The notes below the pieces were generated by a model. It searched no databases. It was not told where the DNA came from and was given only the letters and a program-made list of their open reading frames with translations. A stretch of DNA of 64,000 bases from Stegostoma tigrinum (lineage: Eukaryota). The stretch is taken from assembly GCF_030684315.1 (NCBI RefSeq), contig NC_081384.1, forward strand, positions 4,135,829 through 4,199,828, read 5' to 3'. A program made the position numbers and the translations under genes. This document shows, in pieces, positions 1 through 12,700 of this stretch (its first letter is position 1; every line of letters starts with the position of its first letter).

Positions 1-3000
1 AAAATATTGCGGACTATTTGTTATTGGACAATAATACCACACATCTTATTCAACCTCATTTAAAGACTGTTACTTTCTAATCCAGATGGAAAGGGTTTCG
101 AGTGAAAGCCAGCGCAGCGCTTCCAAATAAAGGTGCAAAGTTCTGAGATAACTCAGAGCTCAGTAAAGGCGCGCATGAACTTCCCTCGAAAAGATCTTCT
201 CCATATCAGAAAACTCTATGCGGCTATTTCGTATATATGCACGGGTGTTAATAGTTGAAATAATGTGCAAACTGCATTCCAAAATCGAGTATAAAGTTAC
301 GCAAAACTATTGCAATGTCTGTTCATATTTTGAAACTGACCATTTAGTTTTAAACCATTAACGAAACGCCACAATAATGACTGATAGCGAATCTGCATTA
401 TTTTTGAGCTCATTGGTTTATCTGTGACAATTGAAAGCAAGGTATTTCCTGAACTGATAAGGAAGCCAATGTTGTCACGCCGAGCCAGTTTACTATGAAA
501 TGTATCTGATAGTTCGATTTTATGAAGTAGACAAAATAATTTACATTCGATCTGTCTCACCTTGGCAGATCTCCCGAAGCTTACTAAATCTATTCCCGCA
601 ATTCAATTCTCACAATTTTTGGGGGGATAGTACTCGGAATGTCTATTTATAACCACAAGATGCTTCCACATCAAAAGAATTTCTACCTCCACAGTATAAA
701 AGTTAATCAGAATAGAACTCGGTCAATGAAAAGTCTAAATAAGACCTTTGGGTGTTTATTATCAATGCAAATCCATCCGAGTACAATCATAGCTAACATA
801 AGTAACTTAAATCAGCATTTTAACTTTGCATATTCCTACACTGAAGTGCATCTTTGAAGTATCTGGTCCTTCGTTAACCATTGTCAACCATCTAACCCAT
901 TGTTAATTTGTCAATCCCTAATGTGTTATTTTAAAAAATACAAAAGCATGGTGTTCAAATATAGCTTCTAAAAAGTCTGGGTTGCAGAAATAGTGGGAAT
1001 TCTTGGGTTACAGATTTCCACCCTTCCATAATATTATGGGATACGTCAGCTGGCAAGGAAATTAACGCAGTGGCATTGTAAAAGTATCATCGACCCAAAG
1101 TTGGTGTGCAGCTGTGGTAATAAAGTAGCAAATCACACTGATAAGAACATTTTATTAACTTTGTGCACGTGCAGCCTGTGAAATATTGTCAACTGATCAA
1201 ATAATGCTGAATAAGATCATTGAGATAATACAAGTCTGGAACGTGAAAAAACCTCATCAATTTGCCAAAACAAAAAGAAACGATTTATGAAAGTTAATAT
1301 TTTATTCTTTTCCTCTATAAGTGGCTGTGGCCTTCTGAAAAAAAAAGCATTGTTCAAAATAGGAATGAGTGGAACCAATTGTTTAATAATTAATCGAAAG
1401 GCTCCTCTTGAAAAGTTTGTTCCCTGTCTCCATAGGTGCCCCGGGTTACTTTAACTCAGATGAAAATCTTTAAATGTTATTTTCGTTTTTCTCTCTGAAG
1501 TTTAAAGAACAACGTTCCGATTACATTTTAGCTTTTACTTTCGTTTCTAGTGGTGGTACTTGGTCATACAACCGTTTAGATTCTTTTGAAATTTGGCACA
1601 ACCGTGCCAGCGTTAAATAGAACAGGTCTGGAGTGCCATTTAAACCAATAAAAATACTTAAACATCTAATATTACTGCAACATGGACAATCCACATTCTT
1701 AATCAACCATTGGATTGTCACAGAAACATTTAAGAGATGATCAGCTAGTTCCTACATTTTCCAATTGCTTCATCAACTGACACGTCTGTGAGATTTTAAG
1801 GGGGAAGAAACAATTTCTGACCACAGAAGTAAACAAAGTCTATAACTTGCAGACTGTCCGGTCCGTGACGACCCACGTGTTTGCTTTATTTGGTTCTAAG
1901 GCAGTGATACATCTGCATTGCGCATTTAATATTGTTTTTCTTCGTGTTTTAATGCGGTTAATCTCTTTATCAGCAACGTGATTCATTGTATGGGCGTATT
2001 TCCATTTTGTTGGAAAGCATTCAAATACATTTCCTAAGTTTAACTATAAATGTGTTCACATATTCTGAGTATAATTTGTAAATCTCCTCTATAAATCTCG
2101 CTGCACGTATATTTTGCATACATATGACAGACACACAGAGCTTAATGTGATATTTCAAGTACCTATCATAAATGTAAAGACATTTTAAAAATATTCCAAA
2201 GGCAGTTGCAAGTCTACAAAGAAAATAAACGCCCCTTAGTTACTGTTTGTTTCCAGAGGGTTTTCCTTCCATTTCTCTTCTGCTAGCAATCGAAACAGAT
2301 TCTCACGTTTAAATATTCTACTCTTCCGATAAATATGGAACATCACAGCGAGGTATAACATTACAAGTTTTATAATTGATCCTTTAGTTTCATTCTTCAT
2401 TCATACATAACCTATGACTGATGCAGAAAATTGGTTGTACAAATATTATGGTTATGTTCATCTATTTGTTCATCCAAATTATTATTCCTCAATAAGTATA
2501 CACCTTTTTGATACTTTAAGCTGACACAAGTTATTGCTCTACAGTTTAAGCTGAAATTTATAGAAACCCGTTATCTTCGTAAGATTTACATGATGTAAAA
2601 GCACAGAGTGGAAATAGAAGATATCCACACACCAAGTATTTCCATTAATTTGCGCATTAGTGCGCGGGATTCCAATTGTAAAATGATAATCTTGTTTATT
2701 TTGTACGTTTACCTAATCACGCGTCTTTAGTTCTTTGGAGAATCGTGTGAAAACTTTACAGAGTCAAAAAATAAATTTCCACCAAAGATTTTGACTTTTC
2801 TCTACTTTCTTTTAAATTATTTTCAAGTGAAATTATAAGCAACTCGTTACTTTAAAAGTATTCATGCAGGAAAGCGAAATAAAGACAGAAATGAAACTAA
2901 TGTGAACAGTGATGGAGACAGAACGAAAAGCCAATCATATTGAAGTAAAGCTTTGCCTTCATCTGGGTGAAATTCCAGGTTCTTTTATGTATGAGGTTGC

Positions 3001-4006
3001 AGACTGTTCAGTTCCGTGAAACTCCTATTCCATGATACGGTTACATAAGTCGTTTTGTTTATGGTGAAAAAAGAGTACAGCTCGATTTAAATAGGGGAAG
3101 AAACTGAAAAGAGGGTGGTAACCTAAATGGTAGAGATAAAATAAAATCAATAAAACCTGAGAAAGAATAAATCAGCAAGGTCTGGAAACCTGTCAGAAAG
3201 AAATGTCCATACAGATGGCCATTATCCTGTGAATATGTGGCGCACAGTTTGTTGAAAGGAAGACAGTCACTCAAACGATAATCAATATATGCACAGCAGC
3301 CCAGGATGGATTCAATCTAAAGACATGTGCACTGGGATGTGAGAAATATAACAGGTTTGAAAGTTCATTTGGAAGCTAAGTATCCAGAAATTTCAATGTA
3401 CGCTTCTAACATTTTTCGACATAACTGATGTCCATAAATAAACAGTACAAAAAATTGCTTTCCCAATACATGTATCCTTTGAAAGCAGCCAACTGCGAAT
3501 CAGATCCACAGCTTGTTAGGCATTTAGTTGTGTGAATGTATATTTAAAAGTGTGAATGCCTGGCACTTTACATATTGCCCAAGTGCAACAAACCTCGCGA
3601 TTTTTCCGTAATTGAACCGTTTTCTTTATTTATTGACATTAGCCTCAAAGTGTGGACAATGCCCCCGTAAATGGACAGACTTATTTGTTCTGTTATCTTC
3701 TCGGGTTTATAGCATAGTGTGGATAAAATGCAACTGCATAAATTCTGGCCCAAATAAACAAATTGCAATTAGAGTACATTTCAAATTAACATAAGTGATA
3801 TTAGGTGTTTTGGAAAATAGTTGAATGGAGGGAGCTAAATGCAAAGGAGAGCATTTTAAAATGAAGGCATAATTGTTAAACAATTTGATGGAAAAATCCG
3901 GGGACCGAGGAAAGCTGTATGTTTCTAACACGTACGTTGCAGCTATTGAATCTCGGGTCGGCAGAAGAGCTGCAGCAGCTCAATGATTGAGTTTGGTGGA
4001 ACAATG

Positions 4007-4020
4007 CTGCCACCTACTGG
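4007..4020 (-). promoter_or_regulatory. Candidate CTCF site between Hoxb9 and the expected Hoxb8 position
   Basis: Minus strand reads CCAGTAGGTGGCAG, a full match to the CTCF core CCASYAGRKGGCRS. Motif only. Confidence 0.6.
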
Positions 4021-4344
4021 AAGTAAGGTGAATCTTTGGGACTTTTAAAACAACCGTGAAAAAGCATGAGAAAATATGCGCAATGTATAACATTAGACTT
4101 CAAAGAAATCATTGGACCCAAACGGTTGCAAAGAAAGAAGGTATAATCTCTTCAATTTCACCGACAAATACAATCGAGGCATTGCCAAAATACCACATCT
4201 TTGGTACTGTGCTGCAACGGATTGCTAACACCCTGAATTCTTGAAGGACAGTAAAGAAGGAGAAGAATAAGAAAAAAGAGGGAAAGAAAGCTTTCAAAAC
4301 TCTATTGTCTCCGAGTCGGAGTCTAAACAATTGGGCATTCTGCT

Positions 4345-4760
4345 TTAGAATTAAGTCCCAGGCATGGGCGCGGAGTTGTAAACACATCCAAAGACCCTGC
4401 TCCAGACGTCTCGCCAGACTCTGTATAGGGTTTTATTGCAGCAATTTCTGGCAGCCTGAAATGGTTAGGAAGTAGAACAAAAGAGGGCGTCGCTTGCTTT
4501 AGAGTCTAAAATGCATGTTGGTTACACCACAATATTCACCAAGATTTTCCCTTAAAAAACTGTTACAATATGCATCCTCTCAGAAGTAAAACGCAAAGCC
4601 ATGTTTTTATGGCTTGGCACCTCCAGTTGTGAGTTTAATTTAATAGGTTCTGAAAGTTTTCCCTTTGCTGTGTTTGTTTTGCAGACATTCAATTCTTAAC
4701 CTTCAGAAATTTATACCCTATAAACTTTTACAACGGTCATATTATTTTATTGCAGCACAC
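4345..4760. promoter_or_regulatory. Candidate Cdx/Smad enhancer 3' of Hoxb9
   Basis: Palindromic AGACGTCT at 4404-4411 plus a second CAGAC at 4415-4419; TTTTATTG at 4431 and 4745; TTTTATGG at 4605-4612; GTAAACA at 4378-4384. Confidence 0.45.
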
Positions 4761-6674
4761 CACACTGAATTTCCTATAATGACAGACAACTTCCTAACTC
4801 CTCCTCCAACGTGCTAGGCTCATATATGCTTCTTCCTTGTATATGTTTGTGTCTTGTGTGCTTGGCAAATAATGTCGAAATGGATATAACTTACATCATT
4901 ATATTAGCTCTAAAACACGACACGCTGATACTGCATTTATTTTGTTCCAAGCCTATAAAAGAGATTGTACACGGCTGCATAATGGTTTCAGTGATCTAGA
5001 GGTACTAAGGCATATAAACATAGACTATTTTTACTACGGCCTTAGATGTCCACGGCAGCCATTCTACTGAACCAACCTCGAGAACGCTCTCAAGTTGGCG
5101 AGCACCCTTTCTCCTTTCTAATTATCCCCTGTTACGTTGTTAACAGGAAGATGGCGAGAGGAAATAAAACCCCCTGAAATGCAGTCTACCCTGAACATTC
5201 GATTAAATTGATGGACATTTCTTTCGAGGATGGTGAAATAGGCATCTTTCCACCAGATTTCCACATTGGACTATTTTATGCGGGGGTTAGAGATTTAGAA
5301 TGTTTCGGCTAAGGCTATGTAATCAAAATGCCCCCCATTACTTGTTTGTGGGCAGATTCGTCGTGAAACATTTTCTAATTGAGCTGAATATTTCATTTCG
5401 TTTTTGTTCTTTGTTATTTGCTATTCATCGAAGTAATATGCGGCAAATGTTTTGATAGGTTTCTGCATGCATTCATTTTTTATCTTGCAATCCTCATCTA
5501 TAACGTCGATATTTATGCACCTATATCTGCAAATGTACAGAGAGATATATATGCATATTTAGGTATAGATATAATATATACACAGTGAATAACAAGGTTT
5601 TTAAAAAAATTATCTTTGCTTAATAAGCTGAAGAAACCTAAGCCTTCCAAAGAGAGTGTGAGTGCTCACATTATGCCTCGGAAGTTTCAAAATTCAACTC
5701 GAATAGGTCAACAGAGGGAATATTAATTATCAAACGATTATAGTACTGAACAATGCAAGTAAACCAGCAGAACATAGATAACAGATTGCTTTTTCTTCTC
5801 AATGGTTTATGTAAATTCTGTTAGAACATGCTTGCGAAAATAAATGCAAATTTTCGTTTGAATTGCCTGTGTAATTTATATTTCTTCAAAGCTGGGAGGC
5901 AGAAGATTCATTGCGTGCAAAAGAAATGAACTCACTCGCGTTATGATATGTACTGGACAATAAAATAGGCAAAGTAACTAGCAGATATATACGATGGGGC
6001 ATTTTGATGATAATTTGCTTTATCCATATTTAATTATTGGGCCAAAAGAACACGAAATTTCAGATCCTGTGATGATAAGCAAATGGAAAGTAAGCGAGAA
6101 ATTTACTGGATGTAGACTAATTCCCTTGGAATTCCCACGAAAAACGCACTTTTACATTTCATCTCCATCCCAACAACTTGTGTATATGTCTCGTTCGGCA
6201 AGGTACTATGGTTACGATTCTTCATGAGACGGAAGTATTTTTATATCACTTTATTTATGGAAGCACTTTGCGTAGTTTCATGCTTCCCCGCAGTTGCATG
6301 CATTCAGCTCTTCTGTGCCGCTGTATTGAAGACACGCCATTGTGCCCACTCTCGAAGAGGATTTTTCGGGAAAAAGAAATAAAATACCGACATTTTTGAC
6401 CGTATATCCAGCATAACCAGGGGCCGTACCCCTAGAATTGGCCAAATGATTTATCAAATAACTGATTTGGTTTAGTTAGGATTTTAGAAATTGAATTTAT
6501 TTTCAGCGTTCTAACGCGTCTTCTCGGTTTCTATAATTGTTCGACGATCTTATTTAACAAAAAGAGCTATTCTCCTTTGGGTTTATGAATCTGGTTTTCA
6601 GGTTTCATTCATAGAAAGAGGTTCACATTCAAAACCAAGAATAACGCAAGACTTTAAACAATAGATACAAGGTC

Positions 6675-6705
6675 GGGGGGTGGGGGTGGGGGTGGGGGGG
6701 GGGGG
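6675..6705 (+). repeat. G-tract (GGGGGT)n/poly-G, potential G-quadruplex
   Basis: Four runs of at least 5 G separated by single T residues. Confidence 0.7.
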
Positions 6706-7060
6706 ATTGCGTTTCCAAACTTTTCAGCAGCATTTTATTTCGCAGTTCCTTTTTAATAGTTGTATATTTACATCTAATGATCATGTTATGTGTACAAAGA
6801 AGGGTGGGTTCAAAATATTTGATTCCATTCAGTGGGTTTAATTTACAATTCACGTTAATAAATCACATTAGAATAGTGCAACCGTGCGCTGCTGACGTCG
6901 GAGAGCCCCAAAATGAAGTAACTAAAACACAGTGCCTGCAGGAATTTGGACTTTTCTTATGTAAAATGGTTAGGTCATTTACCTTAAGTGTAAAATCGGA
7001 AAATATCTACAAAATCCACGACTACAAACACCAGTGCCACATTGGACAGAGATCCTAAGA

Positions 7061-7146
7061 AACATTTAATACATTGTCACCAACACTGTCATTATTCCTA
7101 ACATTTAATACATTGTCACCAACACTGTCATTATTCCTAACATTTA
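7061..7146. repeat. Perfect 39-bp tandem duplication (~2.2 copies)
   Basis: acatttaatacattgtcaccaacactgtcattattccta at 7062-7100 and 7101-7139, followed by a partial third copy. Confidence 0.95.
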
Positions 7147-8135
7147 TTCTTTTGAGCCGATCCCTGTTGTCAACTTCCTTTTGTGCAATCTAGTCGGTAA
7201 TTATAATTCGTCAAATTATTCCTACATAGTGTTTTATTTCTAAAAAGTTGCAGATCATTTAAGTTTTCGCTTCGACTGTTGGACATGCTTACCGCAATAT
7301 TTGAACAGTTTCATAAACGAGCCACTTGTTAATTGTTACCCATAGTCGCACAAACACTTAGCAAAGGTGAAATCTACTAACTTAAACCCTCGGAGCATCA
7401 GACATTGAAACAAAACGCCAGATCCGCACTCATTCAAACACACAGACTAGGGGATACAGAAGTTGAGATGGAAAACTAGATTATCGCTTGATTTAAACAG
7501 TAGTCACAATTCCATTGAAACAAGCAAATGCTTAAATCAAAGAGATACAGGAGTTGTGGAAACAGCACTTAATTCAACAGCGATGTGATGTCTTCAAAAT
7601 GGATTATAAGCATTCGAGTTTTGCATGTAGACTGTTGCAAACAAGGCATGTTAAGTCATTGCAGCCAGCAAAGTCCAAAAAACTTAATCGCAGCTTAAAA
7701 AGGATCATTTTATGTAAAGCGTTGCTTTGGAGCGCAGTCCATCCCAGCGCCGCGCGAAAGGTCAACACCAAAGCACTGACAGAAATTGTAGCAATTTATA
7801 AATAACACGAAGTTCCTTTTTAAGCCATAAAGAGAGAAATGGTGGCAAGAATAAAAGCACTCTGCTCTCTCTGGCTGTTAGAGTGGATGAGAATGAGAGG
7901 AAGTTGTATTTCTTAATATCCTGCCATAAAATTCTTTACACGTGACAGTATTCCCTGAATGAATGCACTAAAATATTCGAAATAAATAGCCGAATTGCTG
8001 GATGCTTAAACCTTACTTTCTGACCATTCTTTGCTGTGGAAGCATGTTGACTTTCTCAGAACTACAGTACTTTAAGGATAAATTGCAGAGACAGCAAAAA
8101 CCGGCTACGCGCTAAAGTTAAATTTAAACAGCTAG

Positions 8136-8377
8136 TCACTCGAACTCTTTTACATGCTCCTTACTGAGTCTTTTCATCTTCATTCTCCTGTTTTGAAACC
8201 AGATTTTGACTTGTCTTTCAGTCAGGTTAAGAAGACGCGCTACTTCGTGCCTCCGGTCCCTGGTGAGGTACATGTTGAACAGAAATTCTTTTTCCAACTC
8301 CAGGGTCTGATATTTGCTGTAAGGACATCTTTTCTTCCTCGTTGAGCGGGCATGTAACCAGTTTGCAGCAGGATTGT
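8136..8377 (-). CDS. hoxb9: Homeobox protein Hox-B9, exon 2 (homeodomain)
   Basis: After acceptor tcatctttag it reads [82 protein letters not shown] at 8138-8136. Phase-1 join: 517+242=759 nt, 252 aa. Confidence 0.97.
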
Positions 8378-8522
8378 CTAAAGATGAGTGAAGGGGAAAA
8401 TAATCAGATGAGAATAAGAATTATATTGCAATCATAATTTCTAAATGATATTTCTAACATTTTACTGCTTGTGGGAGTCTTCTTCCACAGTTATATCGGT
8501 CTAGCTAAGTATTAAGAAAGTG

Positions 8523-8528
<6 letters not shown>

Positions 8529-8572
<44 letters not shown>
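8529..8572. repeat. (TG)22 microsatellite in the Hoxb9 intron
   Basis: Uninterrupted TG dinucleotide run. Confidence 0.97.
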
Positions 8573-8574
<2 letters not shown>

Positions 8575-9101
8575 TGGGTCTTGTGTTACTCCTAAGCGTT
8601 TGTCCATTAGTATAGTGTATTACTGAACTGGAAACTGTTGGGCACTCTCGAATTGCGAAGACTTCATTTTGCTGTTGATTACCACGTTTACAATTCAGAA
8701 ATAAACTCGGAGAGCCGACTCCGCTACATGAAATATTTCCTTTCTCCCTTCTCCGCAGCTTCACATAAAGATGGTGCGGCGCACATTTCATGGTTCTCAG
8801 GAGCTTATTTCGAACGGAAAATAACAGCAGTGAATACTTTTTATTTATTCCTCCATTTATGCAATGTCTCGTAGAAGATAATCTGGCGAAACCGCCATTA
8901 AGGATATGCAGGTGTTTACATAAAACAGAACGGAGGCGTATAATATACAAGCGACATAAGACCAGTTAAATCCTTGAGGCTAAACTGGGAACAAACTACC
9001 TTTTAATTGGAACCTTACTACAATAGCGTGTTTTTGTTTTGTACGAGGTTTGGAAACTATTTTCATTGAGATAAGTTAAGTAGATCTCTCGAAAAACTTA
9101 C

Positions 9102-9618
9102 TCTGCTCTGATGTCTCTTTGTCTGCCTTCTCTTCACATATACTGTCTTCGTAGCACTGCGCTTTCCCGGAGCAAATGGTTTCGCTCTCCAAATATTCGC
9201 CATGTAGTTTTTGAAGCGCTGCTGGTAGGGTTTCGCCGCCATGTGTTGCGGGTACTTCTGCTTTCAATGAATCGTGACCGCTGGAAGGCATTCCGGGTCC
9301 GGACACAGCCCTGGGGGTCGGGTCCAACCAGGACCGCATGTACCTGCTATCAGGCTGAATGGGGTGAGACTGGACGTAAGGATGGTGCAAAGTGGGAACA
9401 TTGGCAGAAGGCTGGCCGTACACGGGGGCCCAAGGGGCGCCGAACACCGGAGATTTCGCCTGAAAATTACAAGCAGGAAATTCGGGGTGCTCGGGGACTC
9501 GCGGCTGCCTGGAGACTAAGTATTGCCCCGAAGCAAACTTTGTTGCAGGCGATCCCTCGCTTTCATGACTTATAAGTGAATCGACAAAGTAGTTGCCAAT
9601 AGCACCAGAGATCGACAT
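9102..9618 (-). CDS. hoxb9: Homeobox protein Hox-B9, exon 1
   Basis: ATG at 9618. MSISGAIGNYFVDSLISHESEG..KFASGQY..SRQP..EHPEFPACNFQAKSPVFGAPW..HPY..SRYMRSWL matches the paralog-B9 N-terminus as I recall it (human MSISGTLSSYYVDSIISHESED..KFPSGQY). Donor GTAAGT at 9101-9096. Confidence 0.96.
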
Positions 9619-9734
9619 TGTCAAACATCATACACTTCGATTCATTGAGAAATTATATGTAAGACTAGAAATTGTTCTCTCAACTTCTCCACTAACAAAG
9701 TAGAGTTAGCTAATATGTTGTGGGCTATCTGCGA

Positions 9735-9795
9735 AACGATTGGTTAAAGTTTTCATGAGGCCGACAAAGCGACAATAAAACGTAAATCAATCCGC
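9735..9795 (-). promoter_or_regulatory. Hoxb9 proximal promoter motifs
   Basis: Minus strand: PBX-HOX type TGATTTACG (9789-9781) directly followed by Cdx-type TTTTATTG (9780-9773), and a CCAAT box (9743-9739), 120-170 nt upstream of the ATG. Confidence 0.55.
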
Positions 9796-12700
9796 AATGG
9801 GGGTTAAACAATTAGCATCCCCCTCCTCCCCCCGTATTAAATACATTTAGAAGTAAAAGGGGGATTGAACAATAAACAGTACCACGGATAAATACATACT
9901 GAGCAACTATTCCTCAGAATGCAAAACCTGGTTAACTTTAACGGACATTTTTTAAAGGAACTATTTTGTTTCCTAATCAATCTTACGTCGTGCGATAAAT
10001 TCCCACACCAGGTCTCATCATCGCCAGTTTTTGTATTACTGTTATTATTTTAAATCCGTAACATAAGAAGTGTTAAATGCAATCAACGCAGCAGATTATT
10101 CTTGCGATATTTGTACTTGATGGGTACGAGAAGCTGGTGAGGTTGGTGGTTCGGAACGCTTAGATTGGAGTTGACAATATTAGCCCGAGGTTCTGGTGCC
10201 ATTGAATGAAATATGCGTGCGTGCTATGTGTGACAACTTTAGATCTTATAGAGAAGATATTGCAATGAAAATACACGAAAATGTGAGAAGATGGTCCGTT
10301 ACTTTCTCGTAAAATTTTAATTCAGTCGAAAGACTGCAATTGAGGAAGATTAGAACGAATTGGATTTAAAGTAGTTTCTGATTCTGGTTTCTGCATTTCC
10401 AGCCAACAAAGTCTTTTTTGTTCCCATTGTGATGTTTTAAAGCTCACAGTCATACGAAAGCCACGGCTACGTATTATCCTGCTTTGTTTATGCTGTGTGA
10501 TTTCAAATTCCTCGCAAGTCTATTTTGGAACAAAGGAAAAAGAAAAGCGAACCCTCCAATAATCATGAACTTTAGTGAACAAGTGAATAATTATTGTGTA
10601 TTAAAATATACACTCATTGTTAGAGGTTAACTATAAATGTAAACTAAGTTTTCTCTTATGTTTTCCGTCAGTTCCAGGAAGAAAAGAGCCAAGAAAGATT
10701 TTGTATCATCAGCTAAGGACAAAGCGTGAATTAATGTTCGAAAACTAAGTACAATTAGTGAAATGCGAATACTCAGACAAAATTCGGTGGGTAATGAAAA
10801 ATTTACACAGGTTGAAAATTATTCGGTTTTTAAATTGCAAATCACTTTGAAAGAAATGGAACTTATTAATGGAAACTATTAATACTTTACTTTGCATCAG
10901 CGGAATAAAATAGAATCGATGTTTGTAATCGACCTCTAAATGAATGCGTTAAATGCAAAGAGTTGTATTTGAAGAGATTTGATAATTGATGAAGGACGAA
11001 CAATGGCGAAGGCAATGAAGAACATTACAAATTGGGGGAATATTTATATAAACATTTTAAATTCTAATCCTGTCAATGGTTTAGTTTATAAATTGACGAA
11101 ACAAAATTTATTGTTCAGATGAAGAAAAATAATTAAAAATGAATAAACAAACATTTATTTAGGCTCGGAAATAATTCGACGAATATTTGAATTGTAATTT
11201 TTGGACGGTTATGCTGGCAGGCAGGTGACCGTCGGCAGGGCTGCTAATTTACAACAGTGGCTTCTATTAAGATAGCATTAACGAGTATAGAGGTATAGAA
11301 CAAACTATCGGCTGAGGTGAACATCTGAGTATTCGTTAATGTTATTATTGGAGATCCACTATATCTTAAATACCAACTGAATTCTCCATGATAAAAAAAA
11401 CCTTGCAAGAGCCTGGATAAGGTCCAAACTACTGTACCGGGAATATTTTTGAGAATATTCAATTATTAGATAAGATCAGTGAAACGGTTCACCTATGTAC
11501 TTATATTTGCTGTTAGCATCATGATCATAAATATCTCACAAGATTCACAAAATTCTTTAGCATTTTGATTCTGTTTGCTCTTTCTGGCGATGCGTTGAAG
11601 TAAAAGTAACCCTCTTGTCCACTCGCCTGCCGATAAAGTTTATTTTGCCGCCATGATGAATTCGAAAGTTTAGATGAAAACATTGGGGGAAATTAATTTA
11701 ACCTTATTCTACATTCAAGGCTGCGTACTTGAAAACGTATTCTCAAGCTGCTAAGATGCTGACGGATACATCTTCATTTAACATCAATGAATATTGTCCA
11801 GTCTAAACAGTCAAATAGGGCGATTGTTTCAACGGCAGGCATCCCTTTGAAAGGCCGGCGTGATTTGCAGATCGCATCTGAATATTTGCATCAAATAGAT
11901 TTTTCAGTCATTTGTAAAACGGGATATGTTAGCGATTATTGCTCATGGAGCCAAATATGCAAGTTTTGATATATAATTATAGACATCCAAAAATGCCACA
12001 AATCAATATTTTCTAAACAGCTTTATATGTATGAACAGTAAAAAAAATTATTTAATGCGCGAAATAAGTCGACATCTATTTACTCAAAGTAAACACAGTT
12101 ATTGGATTTTATATGTATCTTTTCAAGCTGAAACAATCACTCTGCCAGTGTATTGCTGTCTACATGTTAAAATATACTTCAGAGACACTCGCCTGTCTTT
12201 TAGTTCGGAACTTTTAATTGACAATATGATACTAGCATTGTCGTTCTTCTTCCCAGCTGGAAGTTATAGCAGGGATATGCCGGGTTTTCCCGTTTGCATC
12301 TAAAACTTATCTTAAATGCACAAATCCCAGTTTAAACAATTTTCTTAATAGCATAAAGGTTTCATTATCAATGAAAATATGCACTCCATTTTTTTCGCAA
12401 CAAAGCAGTTTTGGGTATTCTTCAGTGAAATGGGAAATATGCTTTTAATTGTTACATCAATACAGGAAAACAGATGCAAAGTGTGACATCGACAAGGACA
12501 GGGAACTGCGTTTCAACAGTAATGTATAAAACAATCAACAATCATTTCTAATATTTCTAAGACCTTTGGTTTTATGAGAGTTTTAATAATATATTTAAAT
12601 GGTTTTAGAAGTAGGAAATCGTTGGTCTTTCTTGCAAATTTCCAGTTTAAGTAATATACTTTTAGAAGCTTTAAAAAATACATTATCAATCCTTGCCAAG

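Noticed and set aside
7061-7146. Direct repeats here and at 28297-28382 as CRISPR-like arrays
   Set aside because: Head-to-tail duplications without spacers, no cas genes, vertebrate DNA.
8501-8950. 149-aa minus-strand ORF with HTHTHT
   Set aside because: Lies in the Hoxb9 intron; the repeat is the translated (CA)n microsatellite.
8993-9001. AAACTACCT, a miR-196 seed match
   Set aside because: Intronic and on the strand antisense to Hoxb9.
9111-9575. 154-aa and 81-aa plus-strand ORFs
   Set aside because: Antisense shadows of GC-rich Hoxb9 exon 1 with no recognisable domain.
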